64,000 nucleotides of DNA from positions 273,800 through 337,799 of the forward strand of contig JAVJSW010000068.1 in NCBI GenBank assembly GCA_040219255.1, written 5' to 3'. Numbering within the stretch: the stretch's first letter is position 1; each line of letters opens with the position of its first letter. Origin of the DNA: Sumerlaeia bacterium (GTDB lineage: Bacteria; Sumerlaeota; Sumerlaeia; SLMS01; JAHLLQ01). The notes under the pieces were generated by a model. It ran no database searches. It was given only the letters and a program-made list of their open reading frames with translations, and was not told the origin of the DNA. Shown one piece after another: positions 27,408 through 37,334 of this stretch. Made by a program: the position numbers and the translations under genes.

Positions 27408-29219
27408 TTGGCTGAATTCACCCAAGATCGCATCCGCAACTTTTCCATCATCGCACACATCGACCACGGCAAATCGACGCTGGCCGACCGCCTGCTGGAA
27501 ATGACCGGCACCCTGACTCAGCGCGAGATGCGCGCCCAGGTGCTGGACTCGATGGACCTGGAACGCGAGCGCGGCATCACCATCAAGGCCCAGGCCGTCC
27601 GCCTCTTCCACAAGGCGCCCGACGGTGTGATCTATCAGCTCAACCTGATCGATACCCCCGGCCACGTGGACTTCACCTACGAGGTGTCCCGCTCGCTCGC
27701 CGCCTGCGAGGGCGCCGTCCTCGTGGTCGATGCGGCCCAAGGCGTCGAGGCCCAGACCCTCGCCAATGTGTACCTGGCCCTGGAAAACGACCTGGAGATC
27801 GTTCCGGTCATCAACAAGATCGATCTGCCGAACGCCAACATCCCCGCCGCCAAAGCCGAGATCCGCGACGCGGTGGGCCTGAACCCGGACGACGCGATCC
27901 CCATCAGCGCCAAGACGGGCGAGAACTGCAAGGCGCTCCTCGACACGATCGTCGCGAAAATTCCGCCGCCCATCGGCAAACCGGACGAGCCCCTGCGCGC
28001 TCTGATTTTCGACTCGATTTACGATGCCTATCGCGGCGTCGTGTGCTATGTGCGCATCGTCGATGGCTCGATGCGCGCCGGCGAAAAGATCCGCTTCATG
28101 CGCGAAGGCCGCGATTACGACGTCAGCGAAGTCGGCGTCCTCACCCCGGCCCAGGTCAAAGTCGAAGAACTGTCCTGTGGCGAGGTGGGATTCTTCACCG
28201 CCGCCATCAAGAACATCCGCGACGTTCGCGTCGGCGACACCATCACCAGCGCCCGCAAACCCGCCACCAAGGCCCTGCCCGGCTACAAGGAAGCGCGTCC
28301 AGTGGTTTTCGCCGGCATCTATCCCGCCGCCAGCGACGATTACGACGATCTGAAGGACGCGCTGGAAAAGCTCCAGCTCAACGACGGCTCGGTCCACGTC
28401 GAGCCCGAAGTCAGCGAGGCCCTCGGTTTCGGCTTCCGCGCCGGATTCCTCGGGCTTCTGCACATGGAAATCATCCAGGAACGGCTCGAGCGCGAGCACG
28501 ACCTCGACCTCGTCTTCACCGCGCCATCGGTGAACTATCGCGTCACCAAAACGAACGGCGAAACCTCCTTTATCGAAAACCCCGCCAAGCTGCCCTCGGC
28601 CCAGGAAATCGACGTGTTCGAGGAACCGATGGTGATTCTGAACATTTATTTCCCGCCCAGCTATATGGGCAACGTGATGAAGTTGGCGACGTCGAAAAAA
28701 GGCCTGCAAAAAGAAATGGTCTATATCAATCCCGAGCGCGTGAAGCTGACCTACGACATGCCGTTGGCGGAAATCGTGACGGACTTTCACGACCGGCTCA
28801 AGGCCGCGACCTCCGGCTACGCCAGCTTCGATTACGACATGGCGGGTTACGCGCCGCAAAACCTGGTGAAAATGAACATCCTGATCAACGGCGAACCGGT
28901 GGACGCGCTGTCGGTGATCGTGCGGCGCGACGATTCCGCCCACAAGGGGCGCCAGCTCTGCGCCAAGCTCAAGGAAATCGTGCCGCGCCAGATGTACGCG
29001 GTGGCCATCCAGGCCGCTATCGGAGGCAAAATCGTCGCCCGCGAAACCGTCTCGGCCATGCGCAAAGACGTCACCGCCAAGTGCTACGGCGGCGATATCT
29101 CACGTAAACGCAAGCTCCTCGAAAAGCAGAAAGAGGGCAAGAAGCGCATGAAGCAATTCGGCACCATCGAAATCCCCCAGGAGGCGTTCCTGGCGGTGCT
29201 GAAGCTGGATCAGGATTGA
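27408..29219 (+). CDS. lepA: Elongation factor 4
   Basis: [32 protein letters not shown] and [17 protein letters not shown]; TTG start after GAGG. Confidence 0.98.
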   Translation: MAEFTQDRIRNFSIIAHIDHGKSTLADRLLEMTGTLTQREMRAQVLDSMDLERERGITIKAQAVRLFHKAPDGVIYQLNLIDTPGHVDFTYEVSRSLAACEGAVLVVDAAQGVEAQTLANVYLALENDLEIVPVINKIDLPNANIPAAKAEIRDAVGLNPDDAIPISAKTGENCKALLDTIVAKIPPPIGKPDEPLRALIFDSIYDAYRGVVCYVRIVDGSMRAGEKIRFMREGRDYDVSEVGVLTPAQVKVEELSCGEVGFFTAAIKNIRDVRVGDTITSARKPATKALPGYKEARPVVFAGIYPAASDDYDDLKDALEKLQLNDGSVHVEPEVSEALGFGFRAGFLGLLHMEIIQERLEREHDLDLVFTAPSVNYRVTKTNGETSFIENPAKLPSAQEIDVFEEPMVILNIYFPPSYMGNVMKLATSKKGLQKEMVYINPERVKLTYDMPLAEIVTDFHDRLKAATSGYASFDYDMAGYAPQNLVKMNILINGEPVDALSVIVRRDDSAHKGRQLCAKLKEIVPRQMYAVAIQAAIGGKIVARETVSAMRKDVTAKCYGGDISRKRKLLEKQKEGKKRMKQFGTIEIPQEAFLAVLKLDQD

Positions 29220-29383
29220 TGCGAAATGAGACAGTTCTGTGGGGATTGTTTGGTCTGATTCTTCTTGTTGGAGTTTCCGTCACTGGTTTGGCAGTCAGTG
29301 CGGAAGGGCGCATCGTTCCCGTGGCGATTCTCGCATGGCTGCTTCTATCTGCCGTAGTATTTATAGTCAATAGAGTCCGATAA
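29219..29383 (+). CDS. Small two-TM membrane protein (54 aa)
   Basis: TGATG overlap with the lepA stop; [54 protein letters not shown]. Below the ORF-track cutoff. Confidence 0.6.
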   Translation: MRNETVLWGLFGLILLVGVSVTGLAVSAEGRIVPVAILAWLLLSAVVFIVNRVR

Positions 29384-29431
29384 GAAGGCGGGAACAGGCG
29401 CGTGCCCTGCGCCCGTTCCCGCGCGCGGCAT

Positions 29432-31924
29432 TCAAAACACCGCCCACCCCTCGACCCGCGATGCCGCGTCTTTGCGGTAGATCGACACGTCGTTGAAGAA
29501 CACGTCGTAGGCCGCTCCCGTGCCGGCGTTGAAGTTGAAGAGCCGCAGGGTCTCGATGTCCAGCGACCCGCTGACCGGCGCGAGAGAGCCGGTCAGGGTG
29601 ATGGTGGCGCTTTCCTCGCCAAAGGGCACCACCCGCAGGCTGTAGGCGGTGGGGGCGGTGAGGGTGAATTCGATGTCGAGGCCCGCCGTGGTGAAGGGCA
29701 GGGCGGTCATGCGCTCGCCGAGGGAATCCTGAACGAAGTACTGGCCTTCGCCGCCTCGGAAGTAGAATTCGAACAGGTTCTCGCCCGAGGCGTTGCGCAG
29801 CCCAAAGCCCGCCGAACCGCCGGTGTTCATGTACCCGTTGTCCATGTGCAGGCGCAGCGATTGACCCGTGTCGAGCGGCGTGAAGGAGCGGCTGGCCTCC
29901 ATCACGGTGGCGGTCGATTGATTGTAGAGGCCCCAGGCCCGGCCGCCGGTGTCGATGTCGCGGTCGGCTTCGGCGGCGGCGGGGCCGTTGCTGGCCGAGG
30001 AGCCGATGAAGGCGCCGCTGGTGGGCGAGGCGCCGGTGATCTGCCAATCGCCCGCCCAGCCCGCGCCGCCCGACGGACCGCCCGCCCAGCCACCGCCATA
30101 GGCCGCGTCCTCCGCCGAATCGGCGGTCGTGAGGGCCAAATCCTGAGGCACGACGATCACGGTTCCAAAGGTCTGCAACTGCGGAATCGTGCATTCAATC
30201 ACGCCGGGGCTGGTTTCCGTCCAGTTGATCGGCCGGGGAAAGACCGTCGCCGCGTCGTCCGGCGAGCCATAGAGCACGTCCTCGGGCACGAGGCCATTGG
30301 GCAGCGTCAGCGTCACCACGAGGTTCGTCAGCGTCGAAGGCGCAGCGGTCGTCGTGGTCCATTCCGAGGCGCCATCCAGATGGAGCAGCGTCCACGCGGC
30401 GCCGCCTTCGGCCGTGCGATAGGAATGGGCCAGGGTTCCGGCGATGGCCAGATCGGTCTCGCGCGGTTGCACACCGGGCCCGTGGTTGATGCGGTAGAGG
30501 GCGGCATCGTGGCCGTTGTATTGGCGGATGGTGGCGAAGTTCGCGGCGCTCTGGACCTGGGCGTCGGGATAGAACAGCGAGTTCAGGCCGCGGATTTCGC
30601 CGGTGTCTTCCTTGGGCTCGCCGGCCACCATGAAACTGCCGCCGCCATAGAGATGCGCGCCCATCAGGAGGCGCAGGTTCGCATTGGGCCATGACGTTTG
30701 CGAGGGATTCATGTCGGCAGGATAGCACTTCGACACGAACCGCTTGCCCGATTCCGCCACGCGGTTGGCCACCATGGCGGCCACCTGATCGTAGCGCGGC
30801 TTGTGGAAGTCCCAGTTCTCGACGAACAGGAAATCGCTGACGTCATAGAACTGCTCGATGCCTTCCTCGGCGATGTTGTTCAGCGTGGTCAAGCCGCCGG
30901 GCCGTTCTTCCTGAACGAGGGCCTGCACATCGCTGGTCAGTTTCGCCAGCATCGTGGACATGGGGGTGCCGTTGAAACTGCTGCCGGGCGAATAGTAGGG
31001 CTCGTTCCAGCCGTAAGTGTCCAATTCATAGCCATCGAAGGTCACCATGCCGGAGCCGTCCAGGCTGGTCCGCAGTTCATTCATCAGGTGCGTGTTCCAC
31101 GCCGTGTCCGGCGCGAAGGCCGTCAGGTAATACCACACCCCGCCCAGGTCCGCCTCGCGCCCCACATTGCCATTATAGAACGCGATGTTGTCGCCTCCCG
31201 CGTTCGTCAGGTGGCCGTTGGGGAAAGCGCTCAGCACCGGCGGATCGGCAGCGTAGGCTGCCGTGTAGGCGATCGCCAGGATGTTCTTGGCGCGGGCTTC
31301 GGAGATCTTGTTCTGGATGTCGCCCACCTCGATGTGGAAGCCGAACGGCGGCTGGGTGTAGGACGCGCTGTCAGGCGTGTAATCGCCGTGCGCGGGAAAC
31401 CAGTCGTAGTACTCGATGGCGTTCAGGTAACAGTCGGTCAGCAGGTCCGTCTTGGCCGTGTAATTCCCGCCGACGCTGCCGAACAGCGTGTAGAACCCGT
31501 AGCGCACATCGTCCGCCGTGTCCGCCACGACGGAGTAGATGCGCTCTTCCTCGTCGAGCTTCAGGGCGCTGTCGTAGAGTTCGACCTCCAGAAGGTGCCC
31601 GCCCTCGGGCAGGCCGGCGGGGAAATCGAAGTTCGTGTACTCGCCGGCCGGGGCGCGGGTTTCATCGGACAGCACCTCGCCATCCAGCCCCGTCACCCGG
31701 GCCCTCAACGTGTCGTTTCCGTCCAGGCTGCCGGAATTTTGCACCCGCACCGTAATGCGCCCCGTTTCATCGGGGCGGGCCGCCACCTGCCAGAGGAAAA
31801 CGCGGTCGATGGCGGGAATCTGGGCCTGGGCATCCGGGGTCAGAAGGGCACCGGCGAGGCCGGCCACCGCATAGGCGGCGGCGCGAAGGGGTCGTTGAAT
31901 GGGGCGAATACCGAAGGGGCGCAT
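29432..31924 (-). CDS. Secreted glycoside hydrolase family 66 (dextranase/CITase-like) with a C-terminal accessory domain
   Basis: RYGFY, NAIEYYDW..H, IAYTAAYAA, FDGYELDTYG and ENWD; signal peptide; tail ASRVEGWAVF. Confidence 0.82.
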   Translation of the reverse strand: MRPFGIRPIQRPLRAAAYAVAGLAGALLTPDAQAQIPAIDRVFLWQVAARPDETGRITVRVQNSGSLDGNDTLRARVTGLDGEVLSDETRAPAGEYTNFDFPAGLPEGGHLLEVELYDSALKLDEEERIYSVVADTADDVRYGFYTLFGSVGGNYTAKTDLLTDCYLNAIEYYDWFPAHGDYTPDSASYTQPPFGFHIEVGDIQNKISEARAKNILAIAYTAAYAADPPVLSAFPNGHLTNAGGDNIAFYNGNVGREADLGGVWYYLTAFAPDTAWNTHLMNELRTSLDGSGMVTFDGYELDTYGWNEPYYSPGSSFNGTPMSTMLAKLTSDVQALVQEERPGGLTTLNNIAEEGIEQFYDVSDFLFVENWDFHKPRYDQVAAMVANRVAESGKRFVSKCYPADMNPSQTSWPNANLRLLMGAHLYGGGSFMVAGEPKEDTGEIRGLNSLFYPDAQVQSAANFATIRQYNGHDAALYRINHGPGVQPRETDLAIAGTLAHSYRTAEGGAAWTLLHLDGASEWTTTTAAPSTLTNLVVTLTLPNGLVPEDVLYGSPDDAATVFPRPINWTETSPGVIECTIPQLQTFGTVIVVPQDLALTTADSAEDAAYGGGWAGGPSGGAGWAGDWQITGASPTSGAFIGSSASNGPAAAEADRDIDTGGRAWGLYNQSTATVMEASRSFTPLDTGQSLRLHMDNGYMNTGGSAGFGLRNASGENLFEFYFRGGEGQYFVQDSLGERMTALPFTTAGLDIEFTLTAPTAYSLRVVPFGEESATITLTGSLAPVSGSLDIETLRLFNFNAGTGAAYDVFFNDVSIYRKDAASRVEGWAVF

Positions 31925-32126
31925 CGGGGGGGGGGTCCTTGTCAAAACGCTTACACACAGTCGCCGCTCGCAATTCAGCCCGGTCGATCCCCGGCGGGAC
32001 CCTCGTGTTTGGCCAAGACCCTTGTCATGAAGGCTTGAACGAGCGGAAAGGCGCCGACTGTTGGACCGATGGAATAGAAGGGGGAGCCAGGACGGTCAAG
32101 AGTAAAAGCGCTTTTGCACTCTGAAA

Positions 32127-32453
32127 CCGCGATCCTTCACCACAGAGGGCACGGAGGACAGAGGTTCCACAGAGATCATTTGAAAGATGTGCTCAGGAAA
32201 GTGAGCTGTCTGCGCCAAGTCGAAGGAAAGAAGAAATCTGCGAATGAATCCCAAATCCGAATACTTGCCAGACCCAACCAAAGTCGCGGCAATTCTGGCA
32301 ATTTCCTGCATGGATAGTCACGTTTCAAAGAATCGGCCGCCGTTTTCCAGTCATCCAGCCAGAAACCGAGGCCTGCCGGTGGTTCCGACTAACTTCAAAA
32401 GCGCCAACCAACTCTGCGTTCTCCGCGTCTCATCGGTGATTTCTTGAAGGATT
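32127..32453. repeat. ~320-bp dispersed MITE/REPIN-like element, copy B
   Basis: Colinear with 3452-3772 along its length. Confidence 0.8.
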
Positions 32454-32572
32454 AAGGCCCTGGACAAGGACCCGAAAGGAGTTTGTAAGTATACGTTCGT
32501 TCTTTTTCTCTTGCCGCCATCCCGCCCCTTCGCCACCTATCCCTCATCCTCTCGAACAAAGGGTGTCGTCCC

Positions 32573-34489
32573 ATGGGGTTCTTCCGTCTTCTCTTTCTGG
32601 CCACTCTGCTGCTCGCGGCCGGCTGTTCGTCGCACTACATGAAGAGCACGCCGTTGTGGGACGATGATTATCCGGTGGCGAAGGGGCCAGCGGGCGACCG
32701 GGTGAATCTGTGGCCCCTGGCCTACTATCGCGACCCCGCTCTGTCGGTGCTGTGGCCGTTGGTGACCGTGTCGGACGAGGGCCACAGCTTCTATCCGTTC
32801 TACGAATACCGCGTCGATACGGAGCGGCTGGCGTTGGGCGTGCTCCATCCGGCGCTGCCGGGCCTGGCGGTGATGGACGGGAGCAAGGGCTACTGGCGCG
32901 TCCTGACCGTGGCGCGCAGCATCCCCGGCGACTACCTGATCGCGGCGCCGCTGTGGTTTCAGTTCAAGGAGTTCCTGTGGACGCCGCTGATGGCGATGAG
33001 CCGCGGCGAGGCGGAGCCATTCTTTGGGGTCCTTGGGCCGTTGCTTTTCTATCGAGAGCACAACGGCTCAAAGATGGTTTACGCCCCGTGGCCGTTGGTG
33101 GGGGTCTGGTGGAACGATTCGGTGGGAGGTCAGTTGTTTCCGCTCTTCTACCACAATCGAACGCGGGAGATGAATGGCACGAACATTGGAATTTTTCTCT
33201 TTCACACCGAGAGATACGATGACCGGTCTTTCACTTCTTATCTGATGCCCTTGGGAGCATTTGGGCACAAAGAAGAGAAGACGTGGAACCAGTTTTTTCC
33301 TCTTTGGATTTATCGATCGACCGAAGATGGCCCGCTGCTGTGGGCGATGTTTCCTTTCTTTCATCGGATTCAAAGAGACAGCCTGAAAGGTCTCGGGATC
33401 TATCCGCTCTTTGGCCGATATGTCTGGCCAGATAAGAACAAGAGCCTGACGCTCTCCCTGCCGTGGGTGGAGTCCCGGGCCGAAGGTCATCGCTTCCGGG
33501 CCATCCCGCTGCTGCTCTCGGGCCGATTCGAATGGCGCGGCGGCTCCTACACATCTGGCGTTTTTCCCCTGTCCCATTTCTACAAAGACGAAGATTTTGA
33601 ACTGCAATCGGTCGTTCCACTTTTCCTGCGTGCCAAATCCACGGAAGAGGATGACGAGGAAGGCGTTGCGAATCAGATGTTTCTCACGCCGTTCCTGAGC
33701 TGGGGCGACGATTTGATGGGCGGATCGGATTACCGGAATGGCATGGGACGGTTCTACAATTTGGGGGATCTCCTGTTCCATCACTTCTGTCGCGACGACA
33801 TGAAGCAGACCGCTCTTCTGCTTCCCTTTTTCGGCACGACCTGGAAAAAGGACGAAGGCCGCAGCACGCATCTTTTTCCGCTCTTCTGGACGTCTTCGAT
33901 GGATGATAACGCCAACCGAGGCGGCATTCTGCTTTCACTTCTGGGCAAATGGCACATTTCGAACAATGCAGCATACGAAAACCGCGCTCTTCTCGAGCAA
34001 CATTTCACCGCCCTGGCCGACGACGAAACGTCCGGTTCCCCAATCGCCATCGACAACCCCATCGTGAACGCCCGGTGGCGCGGGCCGCTGGGGCTGATCG
34101 GGCGCAAGGACCAATGGATGTGGCGGGGCGAGCCCTCGCGCCCGGCGGAGGACGCCCTTCAGCGCGAGCGCTCGGCCTGGGTCACGCCCTTCTGGTTCAG
34201 CGAATCCGACGGCCACGGCGCGGCGAAACGCTTTCTCCTCGGCCGCCTCTACGACGAAAAAACCGTTCCGGAGGCGGGCGAAAACGGCGAAACGTACACG
34301 CGCCAGCGGGTGCTCTGGCGCCTCTGGCATCGGGAACGGTTCGGCCAGCAGGTCAGTGTCGATGCCTTTCCCTTCATCACTTACGATCAGGATCCCGCCA
34401 ACGCGTCTTGGGATTTCGCCGGCGGCCTGTTGGGATACGAACGCATTGGCGCCCGCAAACGGAGCAAGCTGCTCTGGATGCGGTTCTAA
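32573..34489 (+). CDS. Lipoprotein with repeated aromatic L/F-x-P-L/F motifs, function unknown
   Basis: Lipobox LAAGC; many LWPL, LFPLF, FFPLW and IYPLF repeats. Confidence 0.75.
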   Translation: MGFFRLLFLATLLLAAGCSSHYMKSTPLWDDDYPVAKGPAGDRVNLWPLAYYRDPALSVLWPLVTVSDEGHSFYPFYEYRVDTERLALGVLHPALPGLAVMDGSKGYWRVLTVARSIPGDYLIAAPLWFQFKEFLWTPLMAMSRGEAEPFFGVLGPLLFYREHNGSKMVYAPWPLVGVWWNDSVGGQLFPLFYHNRTREMNGTNIGIFLFHTERYDDRSFTSYLMPLGAFGHKEEKTWNQFFPLWIYRSTEDGPLLWAMFPFFHRIQRDSLKGLGIYPLFGRYVWPDKNKSLTLSLPWVESRAEGHRFRAIPLLLSGRFEWRGGSYTSGVFPLSHFYKDEDFELQSVVPLFLRAKSTEEDDEEGVANQMFLTPFLSWGDDLMGGSDYRNGMGRFYNLGDLLFHHFCRDDMKQTALLLPFFGTTWKKDEGRSTHLFPLFWTSSMDDNANRGGILLSLLGKWHISNNAAYENRALLEQHFTALADDETSGSPIAIDNPIVNARWRGPLGLIGRKDQWMWRGEPSRPAEDALQRERSAWVTPFWFSESDGHGAAKRFLLGRLYDEKTVPEAGENGETYTRQRVLWRLWHRERFGQQVSVDAFPFITYDQDPANASWDFAGGLLGYERIGARKRSKLLWMRF

Positions 34490-34827
34490 TCCTGCGCCTC
34501 CAACTCCTCCATCAAGTCCTCCATCTCGGGCAGAAGATCCTGCCCCGAACCCTCGGGCGCCAGGGCGGCGCGCTCCATGCCTTGCCGCAGGATGATTTTG
34601 GCAGCGTCCGTTTCGCCTTGGCGCTCCAGGACTTGCGCGCGCAGATAGTACGCCGCGATGTGATCCGGCGAGGCCCCGATGACGAAGTGCAGATGCGTTT
34701 CCGCCTCGGCGATGGCCTCGGGCGAGCCGTCTTCTTCCAGGAGTTTTTGCGCCAGGGAAAACCGCGGCACGGGATCGCTCTCGTCGAGAGCCACCAGTTT
34801 GCGGATCGTTTCGATGTCGATAGCCAT
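34486..34827 (-). CDS. Small TPR protein
   Basis: DPVPRFSLAQ and PDHIAAYYLRAQVLERQGE..A. Confidence 0.8.
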   Translation of the reverse strand: MAIDIETIRKLVALDESDPVPRFSLAQKLLEEDGSPEAIAEAETHLHFVIGASPDHIAAYYLRAQVLERQGETDAAKIILRQGMERAALAPEGSGQDLLPEMEDLMEELEAQD

Positions 34828-34981
34828 GGGCGGCGGTCTCCTTGGGGCGGCGGGGATTTCCGGCGCAAGGCCGGTTGGACTCAGTCTCGGGGCGGAGGCG
34901 AGGGAGGCAAGTCAAAGCGCGAGGGGTGATGGGTTTCCGAGAAACTCTCCGCCGGGGGCACGAGGACGCGGAGATTTGGCA

Positions 34982-35254
34982 TCAGGCGATTTTCTCGGCC
35001 CGCATGCGTTCTGTGGCGCGGCGGGCCCGGCGTTTCAGATCTTCCGGCAAACTCAAGCAGTTGCAATCCTCCACGGCGCCGATCAAAGCGTAGGCGGCCA
35101 TGGCATGGATGCGGTCGGGGAAGGCGGCCGTCCAGATTTCATAAGCGACCTCCCACCCCATTCGGCGGAGTTCCTCGAGCGAACCGATGCCCACCGCTTC
35201 CAGTTCGGCGGCGCATTTCGGGCCGATGTTGCGCGCTTTTTCCAGGGGCGTCAT
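34982..35254 (-). CDS. TfoX/Sxy C-terminal domain (HhH) protein
   Basis: NIGPKCAAELEAVGIGSLEELRRMG..AY, YALIGAV and LPEDLK. Confidence 0.85.
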   Translation of the reverse strand: MTPLEKARNIGPKCAAELEAVGIGSLEELRRMGWEVAYEIWTAAFPDRIHAMAAYALIGAVEDCNCLSLPEDLKRRARRATERMRAEKIA

Positions 35255-35601
35255 GAGGTCGGACCTCCAAGTGAGTGATGCGAAACTTTGGCGAATATCA
35301 GGCCACTTTGTCAAGACCCAATCGGCGGAATCTCGGAGGATTTCAGCCCCGGGCCCTGGACGGGATGGAACGTGTTCGCCTTCGACGCCGAAACGGGAGA
35401 GGTCAGCGACTTCGCGTGGTTCGGCGAGGACGGCCGCCTGGCCCGAGACTTCGGCAGGGAACCGATGGCGGTGTACCGGCTGCGGGATGGGGCGGGGCGT
35501 TGAGGGCGACGGGTTGAGGTTCATGGCGCGGGGTCTCCTTCGCGGTGGGGGCGATGGAGAGAGCGTCGCACAGGGCGGTCGGTTTGTCCCCTCATGTGGC
35601 G

Positions 35602-35852
35602 CAAGAGAGACAAGATAGACAAGAAAGACGAAAGAGACGAATGGAGCTTGGGTGAGGAGGGTAGCAGGCGGGGATGGGGAATTCACCGCAGAGATGCGGG
35701 GGACGCGGAGGTTGGGGCGGGAGGAGGAGTTTGTAAGCGTGGATCGGGGCGGGATGGACGCGGATTGGGTGCGAGCGGAGCGGGGACCGGGGAAGACACG
35801 GGGATAACGGGAAGGGGAAATGGCCACGGATGGGGACGGATCGGGAATCGGA
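35602..35852 (+). repeat. Run of about five different purine-rich REP-like half motifs in one orientation
   Basis: GACAAGATAGACAAGAAAGACGAAAGAGACGAA; TTCACCGCAGAGATGCGGGGGACGCGGAG; AAGCGTGGATCGGGGCGGGATGGACGCGGAT; ACCGGGGAAGACACGGGGATAACGGGAA; GCCACGGATGGGGACGGATCGGGAATCGGAT. Confidence 0.45.
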
Positions 35853-35862
35853 TGAGGGCCAG

Positions 35863-36596
35863 AGGCGCGGGGCCTGGCGCGGGCCACGATCCGGCGCAAA
35901 CTGTCCGCTCTGGCGTCGCTTTTCGACCACCTTTGCGAGTGCAACGCCGTCGCCGGCAACCCGGTGGATGGCGTCAAGCGCCCCCGCAGCGAGTCGCGCG
36001 AAGGCAAAACCCCGGCGCTGGGCGACGATCAGGCGCGGGCGCTGCTGGCGGCGCCCCGGGGCGATTCGCTCAAGGCCAAGCGGGACCGGGCGATTTTGTC
36101 GATGCTGCTCTATCACGGCTTGCGGCGCGAGGAGATGTGCCGCCTGCGGGTCGCCGACATCGAAGCGCGCCGCGGCGTGGCGCATTTGCGGGTGTTCGGC
36201 AAGGGGGCGAAGGTGCGCTATGTGCCGCTTCATCCGGCGACGGGGCGGCTGGTGCACGAGTACCTGGAGGCGGCTGGGCACGAGGATGACACCAGCGGGG
36301 CGCTGTTCCGGCCTGTGGTCAACAACGCAACGCCGGACGGCCTGGCGCGGGGGCTCGATCCGGGCAGCGTTCACCGCGAAATCGTCGCGCGTTACTGCCG
36401 CGAGGCGGGCATCGCCGCCTCAGGCATCGGCCCTCACGCCCTGCGGGCGACGGCCGCGACGAACGCCCTCGACCACGGCGCCGACATCGCCCGGGTGCAG
36501 GCGTGGCTCGGGCATGCGGATATCTCGACCACCAAAATGTATGATCGGCGCGGGGAGAGGCCGGAGGAGAGTCCGACGTTTCGGGTGGAGTATTGA
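35863..36596 (+). pseudogene. Tyrosine recombinase, 5'-truncated (copy 1)
   Basis: The frame reads EARGLARATIRRKLSALASLFDHL upstream of the listed GTG but hits TGA near 35853. Catalytic residues are intact: GLRR, GKG, HALR, LGH and Y (KMYD); ends SPTFRVEY. Confidence 0.85.
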
Positions 36597-36943
36597 GGAG
36601 GGGAGGACTTCAGCCCAATGCCGGGAGAGCTGAGAGGTTTGATCCGGGAGTATCATCGGGAAGCGGCGTAAAATGTTTCCTTCTTACGAGTGCTGGAATT
36701 GAGGCACAAGCATACTAATCGCCTTTCAGCATTTTTCTTTCTGAGTGAGCAATTGTGGAGATTGTCCAGTCAGAGAGAAAAAAAACCTCTACCACTTAAC
36801 CACTACATACATTGCTTGCGATCGCTTTCGACTTGGCTTGCCTCGCCACCCAATATGAGATTCCGGCAATTACTGCGTAGGCCTACAAGCTGGACTCACT
36901 AGGTTTTTCCTCCGCACCACCGGACTGTCATATCCCGACAGGA

Positions 36944-37294
36944 CTACGTTCTGTATATAAAAATTTTTTTGCATTCGTTTTCTGAAGAAAATTCCAAAAC
37001 AAAAATAGCCAAATCGATTTCATATACATAAGCAATATGATCAACTTCAATTTCCACATCAAAAAAATCACTTTTCCATTTTTGCCCCGACTCAACAAGG
37101 AAATCCGGTTCCCCATTGGCTCGCAGACATTCTTCCATACTCATTCCTATAGATACATTTGCGACGAATTCCAGCTCCTTTTGAAGCCATATTGCTTGGG
37201 ATCCACTCAAATACAGTGTCAGTACAATATTGGCGATACACCCAAGGGATAAAATAATGACTGCTGTAAAAAGAGCAAGTTGAGATTTCTTCAT
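36944..37294 (-). CDS. Putative immunity protein, membrane-anchored, BamE/SmpA-like motif
   Basis: Low GC; directly downstream of the Rhs C-terminus; N-terminal TM; VSIGMSMEECLRANGEPD. Confidence 0.65.
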   Translation of the reverse strand: MKKSQLALFTAVIILSLGCIANIVLTLYLSGSQAIWLQKELEFVANVSIGMSMEECLRANGEPDFLVESGQKWKSDFFDVEIEVDHIAYVYEIDLAIFVLEFSSENECKKIFIYRT

Positions 37295-37334
37295 GGAATT
37301 TACCTTCAAGAATTATCAGAAATCAAGGAACACT

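Noticed and set aside
35288-35503. 71-aa ORF MANIRPLCQD
   Set aside because: The 3' half looks coding but no family or good start was recognised; possibly a gene remnant, too weak to call.
35602-35852. CRISPR array
   Set aside because: The units are not identical repeats with regular spacers, and there are no cas genes.
36600-36940. Small ORFs in the low-GC spacer (e.g. 36690-36902)
   Set aside because: No RBS or motifs; probably decayed cassette sequence.
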